A DNA stretch of 64,000 bases from the human T2T-CHM13v2.0 reference genome, Homo sapiens. A model generated the notes under the pieces. It was not told where the DNA came from and made no database searches. It was given only the letters and a program-made list of their open reading frames with translations. The DNA lies in NCBI RefSeq assembly GCF_009914755.1, contig NC_060943.1; one strand, given 5' to 3'. The number at the start of each line of letters is the position of its first letter. The stretch's first letter is position 1. Positions 44,610 through 64,000 of this stretch are shown one piece after another. Position numbers and translations under genes: made by a program.

Positions 44610-45520
44610 TATTTTTATTTTTTATGTTTTGAGACAGGGTCTCACTCTGTCACCCAGGCTGGAGTGTAATGGCATGATCATAGCTCACTGCAGCCTCAAA
44701 CTCCTGGGCTCAAGCGATCCTCCCCGCCTCAGGCTCCTGAATAGCTGGGAATACAGGCGTGTGCAACCACACCCAGCTAATTTTTGTATTTTTTGTAGAG
44801 ACGGAGTTTGCTGTGTTGCCCAAGCTGGTCTTGAACTCTTGGGCTCAAGCGATTCTCCTGCTTTGGCCTCCCAAAGTGTTGGGCATACAGGCAAATTACA
44901 CTCAAAAAAATTTTTTGAGATATAATTTGCATACCATACAATTCACCCATTTGAAGTGTGCAATTCAGTTTTTTATATATATTCAAGAGTTCCACAATTA
45001 CCACCTTTATTTAATTCCAGAACATTTTCATTATCCCAAAAGGAAACAGCATACTCATTAGCAGTCACTCCTCATCTCCCCCTCCCCTTTCTACTGATGA
45101 CCTCTAATCTACTTTCTGTTGATTTGCCTGTTGTGGACATTTATTGTAAATGGACTCTTATACTTGTGTAAGTGGCCTTTTGCGTCTGCCTTCTGTTAGC
45201 GTGGTTCATCCACATTGTAAGCATGAATCAGTGCTTCTTTCCTTTTTATGGCTGAATGATATTCCATTATATGGATGAACCACATTTTGTTTATCCATTC
45301 ATTCATTGATGGACATTTGAGTTGTTTCTACTTTTTTAGTTATTGTGAATAGTGCTGCTTTTAACATTCGTGTACAAGCTTTTGTTTGAATGCCTGTGTT
45401 GCGTTCTTCTTAGTATATACTTAGGGGTGCAGTTACTGGATCATATGGTAACTTTCTGTTAATCTCTTTTCAGGAATTACCAGACTGTTATCCATGGCGC
45501 CTGCACTATTTTACATTCCC
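44610..45520 (-). mobile_element. AluJ (44610-44890) followed by the 3' end of an antisense L1MB/ME (44910-45520)
   Basis: GAGATATAATTTGCATACCATACAATTCACCCATTTGAAGTG...TTTTTATGGCTGAATGATATTCCATT...GGATCATATGGTAAC. Confidence 0.88.
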
Positions 45521-47048
45521 TGACACTTACACAGGGCTCTCAAACTCTTTGGAGACAAGTTCAGACTCAAAGTCTGTGCCAGTTTCCTACAGAGAGTTGA
45601 GACTTGTCAGAGCCTATTACCTGGTGCTGTTGTGCTGTAACTACTATTTGGGGGATGTCAGGCATTGACAGAAACAGAGGGTAGGACTAGGGACTCAGAG
45701 TCACAAAGCCACATGGCTCTCATCATGTTGGCTCACCTCCTTTTTGGAGATAGGCTCTCGCTCTGTCACCCAGGCTGGAGTGCAGTGGTGTGTTCATGGC
45801 TCACTGCAGCCTCAACATCCTGGGCTCAAGTGATCTACCTCAGTCTCCCAAATAGCTGGGACTGCCAGGTGTGGGCCACTGTGCCCAGCTTGAGCTCACC
45901 CCCTTTGTTGAGGGGGAAGCACCCACAGCCAGCCCAGGGAAGTGAGTGACTGCCTCTTGTCCTGCAGCCCAGGGCATTGTTTGAGGGCAGCAGGGCTGGC
46001 TGTAGTTTCTCCTAGGCCCCAGGCTGGGTACCCACCCCTCTGCCTGGCCCTTTCTTAACTCAGAAGCACATGGTCTGAGCAGTAGGTACTTGTTCAATGA
46101 ATAAATGAATGGAGGAAACCTCCCTCTTCTCTGTTGCCAGCCAGCAGGGAAGACCCAGCCATAGCATTCAGGCAGTCAGTTTGGGAGTTCAGAAGGGAAT
46201 TTCCAGAGGCCACCCCAGGTTTTCCTTTGGCCTGTGCTTGAAGGGACTTGATAGAAAAGGACAGTCTATAAACAGTCGTGGCACATGATACTTAGTGGTC
46301 AAATAGGCGGAAGCCACCCCCGAATAATTATTTCTTCAGGACTTATAAATGTGTCAGCTTGTGTGCACTTTTTGTTGTGGGTGTGTAAGACAGCCCAGCA
46401 TATTGATAGATTTTAGGTTTTCTCCACAAAATGCAAGTTTCACCCACTCTTGGGTGTGTCTCACTCAGCACTAGCCCACACTTGCTTTAAGTGGAAATTA
46501 TGGACTGTGATTGGCTGGGGTGTCCCCATTCCTGTCACCCAGGACCACATGAGCACAGTGGAGGGAGCAGGGCCGGAGGAGGGCTGGCCCTCAATGTGCC
46601 CAGCAGCTCCCTCCCATGTCTGAGGCACACAGTCTACACACAACTCCCACTTGTGTGTACATTTATTCTTATGGGCACAGGGGCAGTCTTGCCTGTTCAT
46701 GGACTTGGTGTCTGCCCTTGAATTTGGCCTGTCAGGTCCTCTTTGTTAAGCAGGCACGCACTGCCTAGTGCTGGGTGTTAAGGATCAAAAAATGGGTGTG
46801 ACTGTAGAAAAACAGATTGCATCACAGGACAGGTAATGCACATGGGCCTGGACCAAGGTGTGAATGATGCTCAGTCTTTCTAATATAAGAATCCTGCACG
46901 TTGGAGCACCACCAAGACATTTCTGGGTTGGCAAGCACATGGAGTAGACACTGTTCTAGTGATGGGAGTCAGGTAGTGCCGTGGTAGTTGCTTTTGGAAT
47001 TCACAACTTCTCTCAGGGGTATTTGCAACATCTAGCAAAAGGACAAGT

Positions 47049-50270
<3,222 letters not shown>

Positions 50271-52089
50271 ACCCACAGTTTCTTATTGGTGCTTAAAGGA
50301 CAAGGAAGAAGCTCACTGGTCCCCTTTGGTAGGAGTTAGAGAGCTAGCTACCCATTTAAAAATGGGTAGAGGGAAAGCAACAGGCATTTTTCCTGCATCT
50401 TCTCTGTGGGCTGCACACTCCAGGAACGAGAGTGTGGGCGAGGGCAAGGTTCCCTCGCATGGCAGTGCTGGCCCGCAGAACTGCCTAGGGTGACAGGGAT
50501 GCTCTACACCGTCTGCCCTGCGTGCCGTTTAACATAGCATGACTGAGGACACGGAGTTTAATTTTGTCTATTTAAATAGCCACATGTGGCTAATGGGCAG
50601 CACAGCTATTGATGTGTTTTAGCAAATTAATATGAAATGACAGAATTTTAAGTTTATTGCAGTCACCTAGTGAATTGAGGGGTTCCAGACTGTAAGGTCC
50701 AGACAGTGATTCTCCCTAGCTGCTAGCCCCCAAGGAGAGTGTCCTGTGCTTCCACAGGGACACGCACTCACCAAGCCTCAAGGTCTAGTTCATGAGAAAT
50801 TGGGGGTATGTGCACTTACGCCACAGGGACGCCATTTGCAAAACCAACAATGGGAAACAGGGCAAGCATCCTAACTCTTTGAGCATACGATTGTGTCAGT
50901 AAGGGGACCTGTGGATTCCAGCCAGATATGACTCCAACAAAGACGGAAGATTGTGAAATTATCAAAGGTGGGATCATAGTGTTGTGGTCATGCTTGTTCT
51001 GTAGAGATAAATACTGACCCCTTTAGCACAAATGCATGTTTCATAGGATTTGCTTCGTGGAAGCTAGTGGGAGAGAGAAGGAGAAAGGAGCGGCATGTGG
51101 AGGACACGAGGGTGGTCCCCGATGGCCGTGGACCTGGGTGGTAAGCACCTGCAGTTAATCACACCATTATCTACTCTGTGGGTGGATTTGAAATTTTCCT
51201 TAAAGAAAAGTGTGAAAATTGGGTTTGGCCCAGGTCTTTTCTCAGGGAGCTTCGTGACTGGATCATCTAGAAGAGGGGAAATGGCCATTTATAAAAGCTG
51301 AGGTAGAGGCCACTTGGGGGTAGTTTAGGAGACCACTTGGGAGTAGTTTAAATTCAAGCAGAAAACCATGAGCAGAGACTGGAATTGCCAGAGGGGACCG
51401 TGGCCTGTCAGCCCACCAGACAGCCTCTCTTACACACTCTTATTTTCTGTAATTACAACACTCACAGCTACTCTTCGTGGAGCCCTCAGGAAGTGTTAGC
51501 AATAAAGTGGGTGCTGTTCCCATTTTACAGGTGAGGAAGCTGAGGCCCTTGTGGGTGAATCAGGCTTTCTGGCTTTGACTGGACAGCTAAGGGCATGAGC
51601 TTCTGGGCCTCCTTCCTGTCGCCTCCCTGCTCAGTACCTGGGGCACATCTGACTACCACTCCAGTACCCTGACTCTATGATGAAAACCATTCTCCCCTCC
51701 CCATTGGTATTGCCCATCCACAGCAGTCGTAGCCCATCACGAGTGGATAAAGTAGGTGGTTAGCTGGACTTGCACATGACTTGTTTCGTGAACAGTAGTG
51801 CTTAGAGTTGTGATCTAGGGACCCAGCGAACAGTGTGTGAGGGACTTCAACCCTGCCTCTCTCCGGTATGTGCTGTGCCTGCTGTGCCCCCCACTCCAGT
51901 GTTCTCCTTGGGGCTCCTGAGGCAGCTCCCAGTAGGAGGCCTATCGTTGTTGGCACCCCAAGGGTGTCCCTGATCCCTAAGTAGAAACTTAAGCAGGTAT
52001 TTGGACAAATAAATGAGTGAAACACCTTGTGACGTTGAGGCCTGTGGCACTTCCCCAATAGTGTGTTAGTGTAAAACCACCGTGTATGA

Positions 52090-52373
<284 letters not shown>

Positions 52374-52874
52374 AGCCACCATGGCAGTTTTGTTTTATTT
52401 GGATTTTAGGCAGTGTAGGGCCTGTGATAAGGCCTGGCTGAGGTGGGGCTCTGCTGGTAGTAACTCTTGTGATTCCAGCCCTCTGAGGCCACTTCCTCTT
52501 TCTGCCTTGGCTCCTCCTTGGTGAATTCTCCCTTATGTGTCCCACATTCTCATACTCCCAGGCATTGGATCTTTAGCTGGGAGATGGTTCTGAGTTCCCA
52601 TGTGTACAGTGGGCTTGCTGCAGCCTCCTGCAGTTGTCCTGTAGGACTCGTGGTTGGTGGTGACATAGAGGCTGCCTACCCTGATGGCTGATGGCTGATG
52701 GCAGTGTGGTTGTTTGGGGTCTTGTTGTATAAAAGGAGCATGTTTACTGAAGGACCCAGTTCTGTGCTGTTGGGGTCACAGCAAACCTGCTTTTGCCTGT
52801 TAGTATTTTAGTAGCTCTAGAGGGGTTCATGGCTATTGGAATTAGTATTTTTGTTTTTGTTTTCTTTTCTCACC

Positions 52875-54200
52875 TCTTTAAAAAAGCATGTAAAATTCAC
52901 ATGGTAGAATATTCACCAGTTTTAACGTTTTTAAAGTGTGTTGTTTAGTGGCATTTAACCCATTCACAGTATTGTGCAACCATCACCTGTAATTCTAGAA
53001 CATTTTCATCACCCCCACCCCAAAAGAAACCTTGTCCCCATTAGCAGTCACTGCCTTTTCCTTGACTCTGCTCTCCACCCTCCCAGCAGCCACTTATTCT
53101 ACTTTCTGTCTCTGGGTTTGCCTCTTCTGGCATTTCATATAAATGGGATCATGCAATATGTGGCCTTTTTGTCTGACTTTTTTTCACTTAGCATGATGTT
53201 TTCAAAGTTCAGTCACATTGTGTCAGAGTTTCATTCCTTTTTATGGCCAAATAATATTCCATTGTCTAGATGGACCACATTTTGTTTATCCATTCATCCA
53301 TTGATGGACATTTGGGTTGTTTTCTGCTTTTTGGCTATTGTGGATAATGTTGCTTTTAACATTCACCTGCACATTTTTTTTTGAATACCTATATTCAGCT
53401 CTCTTGGATATACCTACAAGTGGACTTGCAGGACACTCGGGAGCATGGTGATGCCGTGGGCTGGAGGCCCTGCCCAGGCTCATGTGGGAACTCTGCGTTT
53501 AACTTTTTGAGGAACTGGCAGACCGTTTTCCACATCACTCTACTGTTTTACTTTCCACTGTTTTCCACGTCACTCTACCGTTTTACTTTCCACCGTTTTC
53601 CATGTCACTCTTACCATTTTACTTTGCACTATGCAGTGTATGAGGGTCCCAATTTCTCTACATCCTTACCAATACTTAATTGGCTTTTTTGATTGTAGCC
53701 ATCCTAGTGGGTGTGAAGCGGTTTCTCATGGTGGTTTTGATTTGCATTTCCCTCATGACTAATGACACTGAGACAGAGTCTTTTTCACATGCTCATTGGT
53801 GATTCGTCTCTCTTCTTTGGAGAAATGTCTGTTCAAGTCTTTTGGCTGTTTTTTAATTGGGTTGCTTGTCTTTTTGTTGCTGAGTTGTAAGGATCCTTCA
53901 TATGTTCTGGACACTAGACCCTTATCAGGTGTATGATTTGCTATAATTTTTTCCCATTCTATGGGTGTTTTTTTTTTTATTCTATAATGCCCTTTGCACA
54001 AAAGATTTTAATTTTGATGCAGTCCAAATTATCTTTTTTCTTTTTTTGATATTGTGCTTATATGTAAGACTGTTTGCCAAACACCAAGTCATGACATTTT
54101 TCTCCTGTGTTTTTTCTTCTAAGAGTTTTATGGATTTAGCTCCTAATACTTGGGTCTTTCATCCATTTTGAGTTAATTTTCATATATGGGGTGATGTAAA
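52875..54200 (-). mobile_element. L1 3' region (L1MB-like), ~1.3 kb
   Basis: TAAAATTCACAT...TTAGTGGCATTT...TTGTTTATCCATTCATCCATTGATGGACATTTGGGTTGTTT...GCCATCCTAGTGGGTGTGAAG...TTTGGAGAAATGTCTGTTCAAGTC. Confidence 0.9.
53522..53627 (+). repeat. 35-bp tandem repeat, 3 copies, inside an old L1
   Basis: ACCGTTTTCCACATCACTCTACTGTTTTACTTTCC and two diverged copies starting at 53557 and 53592. Confidence 0.9.
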
Positions 54201-54229
54201 GATTTTGTTTTGTTTTTATTTTTTTGTAG

Positions 54230-54433
<204 letters not shown>

Positions 54434-54459
54434 TAGTTGGGAGTTCTGAAAGTACTATT

Positions 54460-54880
54460 TCAAATCTGTTTAACAAATGCGTATACATTGCTTCTTCTGT
54501 GCAAAGCATTGTGCCTGCATGGGCCCTTGGATGGTAGTGCTAGAGAAATAGGTGTCCCTTGATATCCTGGGGGTGGAAGCCCACAAACAGAGAGGTGAAT
54601 AAATAGCATGTCAAGTGGTGATGAGGCAGGAAAGGGGATAGAGACCCCCTGGGGGGCATGTGTGGAGGGGAAGCGTTTCTCACTTTGCATTATCAGCTGA
54701 GACCTGGGGGAGTGGAGATGCAAAGGCCCTGAGGTGGGAGTGAGCCAGGATGTCAGTGTGGCTCCAGCTGAGAGAACAGGAGAGGGGTTGGTTGGACTTG
54801 GGGGACGGGCACAGGGGTGGCTGGATTATGGTCAGGCCAGCAGGACCTTCTGGCCAGGGCTTTGCTTCCGTATTATTAAG
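54460..54880 (-). mobile_element. L2 fragment
   Basis: TTTAACAAATGCGTAT...AAAGGCCCTGAGGTGGGAGTGAGC...CAGTGTGGCTCCAGC L2 motifs. Confidence 0.7.
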
Positions 54881-55895
54881 TATCATGTTTTACCAAAGAA
54901 GCACTGATACAGACCCCCCACTCCCCCACTTCATGGCACAGCTGAGCTTAGCTGTTGCCCAGAGGTTGGTGTGGGTGTCTATACACAGACTCCTCCCACC
55001 CCTGAGGGGAAGAGTTCCATTTGCAAGGTAGAGGGTAGAAGTAGGATTTCTGTCCCAGCCCTTACAGCTGTGCAGGAACCTGCTGCAAGGATTGTTTGTG
55101 GGTAGACCCACGGGCTGGGGCTGCGTTGAGAGCAGATAGTTTGTTTCATCATAGAAGTAGGTTTCCCTGCTGGCTGTGATCCTCCCTGTGGCTCTGTGAT
55201 GCTGCAGGATGCTTGTAGGGAGGAGCTTGAGGAAGGGCGCCTGGGCAGGGCCTCCAGCCCACAGCGTCACCACGTTGCTGGGTGCCCTGATGAAAATGGC
55301 AACAGATGAATTTTTGGTTCCCTCACTTTCCACTTGACATTTCCTTCCAGGAACTGAGAAGGCTTTTCTGGCCCTTGGAATTTTCTGTGCCAGACCTCCC
55401 TGCCGTTTCCAGTCTCAGGCCTTGATGGAGCTGGTGGTCAGGGCCACAGCTTCGCCTGGCTCAGCCCTGAGAGACTACAGCCCTGGAAGGGTTAAGGCCT
55501 CCCATTTTGTGATGTGACGCCTGATGGGCACGTAGCAGATGGCATGGAAATGGCAGGCGTAACCCTTCGTAGGCCACGTAGGCTCACGGTCCAGGAGGCA
55601 TCTGGGAGGGGACAGAGAGCCAGGCCCTTCCCACAGAAGGGGAGCATGGCCAGCCCTCACAGTGACGTCCTACAGCTGGGACTCTGGTCCCCATTTACCT
55701 GTGGAGGTTTAAGACTGCCCGGACTCCCCCTTCACAGGCGGCACCTTTGTTTCTATGTCGTGTGTTCCTTGGGCAGCGTCTGTTTCTCTCTCTGGGGCCG
55801 CAGGGTTGGGCTTGGGCACAGGCCCTGGCCAACAGCGGCGCAGGTGTGGGGCCACTTCAAGCACGGCCTCAAATGAGGGCAGTGTTGGGCACTGA

Positions 55896-59586
<3,691 letters not shown>

Positions 59587-60999
59587 TCAGGATTGCTCTG
59601 TGTTTAACTAGTGTATACTTTGCAGGGGAAGGAGGTGTCTGTCTGCTGTCCCACTGTTTCCTTTGTCTGTCTTCTGCCTTTCCTACAGGGTCAGATGCTC
59701 TTACTTCATGGGCGCCATGTGTTCCTTGTCCCCTTCCCAGTCTTCTTGTTGCCCTTGGCTTCCCTGGATCCCACAGCCCAGGTGGGGCCAAGGAGTCCCT
59801 GCTCAGGCACTGAGAGCCTTGCTGTGGCTGTCAGAGGTTGATGGGGAGACTGCCCATCTTGTGGGAAGCCTTTGTAACAGTGACTTGGCACCTTCAACAG
59901 GACGGAAGAATGTGTTAGTTCCGTCTCCTGTTTTTGTAAAATGGTTGTCCACCTGTTGAACTGCATCAGCCTCTCAACCAGGCAGAAGGCTTAGAGAATC
60001 CATGTCAGCCCCCAAGTCCAGGGAGCCCCAGTGTGAGCTGGACAGGACATAGATTGCCCCCAGGCCTGGGGGGGTGAAGTGACGTGCAGAATTGAAGGAC
60101 CAAGGCAGGGAGTGGCAGTAGGCAGGACAGGTCCTGGTGGTTCTGCTGAATCCCTGGGCTGGGGCTGGGCTGAGGAGCTAAAGCCACAGGCAAAATGTAC
60201 CACACGCAGACCTTTAGCCACCCACAGTAACTTTGTTTTCGGACCTTGATTCATTCTGTGGGACAGGACATGATATAGGTTACCTGCCTGTCCAGATCCT
60301 GCCCCAGAGTGGGACAGTCGTGTATGGCAGAGCATTAGCTGGGAGAGGTCACACTAGCTGGGTGTGGACCTTGTCCTCCTGTGCGTCCCCTCAAAACCAG
60401 GTAATGTGTCCTCAGGATTTCCCTGGCACAAACGACCTCGCTCTCCCTCAGTCCTCAAAGGTGATGGCCAGTCCTGGTTACCCGGGAAGCCCGTGCCCTG
60501 TGACTCCCTTCCTGCCACTGGGCATCCCTGTAGCCCCCATTCCTCCAGCAATCAGCCTCAGTGGTGTGTTTGGTTCACACCTTGTGCTTGCACTGTGACT
60601 GAAACCTCCCCTCCTCAGCGAGGCTTCTCCTGGGCCCCCAGGCTGGGCTTATGCCCCTCAGGTCCTTCTCAGCCCTGTGCTTTTCCTTAGGGCTTTGGTG
60701 TGATTCTCGGGCACCTGTGCTTAGGGAGTGCTTGTTTCTGTAACTGGGTTAAAGTTTCATCCACTGCAGCAATTGAGTTTATAGCATGTAATTTCCTTCT
60801 ACCAGGGACCTATTTATCTTGAGTGTTCTAAGTGTGGGCTTTTGGGACAGTATAAAATTGACCCTGTAGCAAGCTGTCTTGTCTGCACATAGCACTTTTT
60901 GAAACTAAATTTCCTTCTGACTTGTCAAAAGAGTTAACCTTGAGTCCTTGCTCTGGATTTAATTTACACGTTCGAGTCTGTCCGCTGTGCCCCCCACAT

Positions 61000-62215
<1,216 letters not shown>

Positions 62216-62392
62216 CCCCCACCCCCTTAGTTTCTGTTTTTGAAACCTACTTTTCTCTGTAGTCCATTCTGCTATAAGGCTTATTTTGGAAAAGCAGATT
62301 TGTTCCAACACAATTGATGTGTTAGAGGACCGTCGAGGTGTAACACAAATGTTGCGATGGTTGCGTGTGGTTTTGTTCAGGAGAAACACTAG

Positions 62393-63709
<1,317 letters not shown>

Positions 63710-64000
63710 TTAATATAGTAGAGCACCTGTGAGTACATGAAATAAAACTGCCCACACCTCAGACATGCTCCAAGTCCCCTCGGGGTCCCGCATGTTATGG
63801 GCCACACCCTATCCCTTTCCGGGGTCAGACAGCCTCCCTCCAGCAGAAATGGCAGCCCACCCATGCTCACGGCAAGCAGTAAGTTTTCCCCGAGGTGAGG
63901 GTCAGACTTGCAACATTTGTATATTTCTTAGCCACTGAGCATGTGTGTAGCTGTGCTGCCCATATATCCACATGTGTCATTGCTTGGGCTCCTATCTTAC

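Noticed and set aside
51310-51350. 18-bp direct repeat CCACTTGGG(G/A)GTAGTTTA x2; also (CTGATGG)3 at 52681-52701
   Set aside because: Ordinary short slippage duplications with no further evidence of function.
52974-54171. ORFs with L1-like peptide fragments (e.g. EWEKIIANHTPDKGLVSR)
   Set aside because: Decayed L1 ORF2 C-terminus/3'UTR with stops and frameshifts; not an active element or host gene.

Overview
Human (primate) euchromatic DNA, very rich in Alus, with scattered old L1, L2, MIR and DNA-transposon fragments. I recognise the hsa-mir-640 hairpin at 42546-42641, which places the window in the 5' non-coding part of GATAD2A (p66-alpha, a NuRD subunit; chr19p13.11, + strand). A CpG-island promoter at about 12700-14110 carries a GC-rich non-coding first exon (donor at 13504|13505). 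An 89-nt 5'UTR exon with upstream ATGs lies at 43614-43702. No true protein-coding exon is evident: I did not find the GATAD2A start (MTEEACRTRS..., from memory), which should lie downstream. Nearly all ORF-track entries are Alu- or GC-content artefacts. I found no convincing new biological system. The best leads are candidate cryptic or micro exons and uORFs in the GATAD2A leader, a hairpin/palindrome cluster in unique sequence near 7.3 kb, close inverted Alu pairs beside mir-640 and the 5'UTR exon, and several informative transposon-insertion structures. Repeat boundaries and subfamily calls are by eye and approximate.
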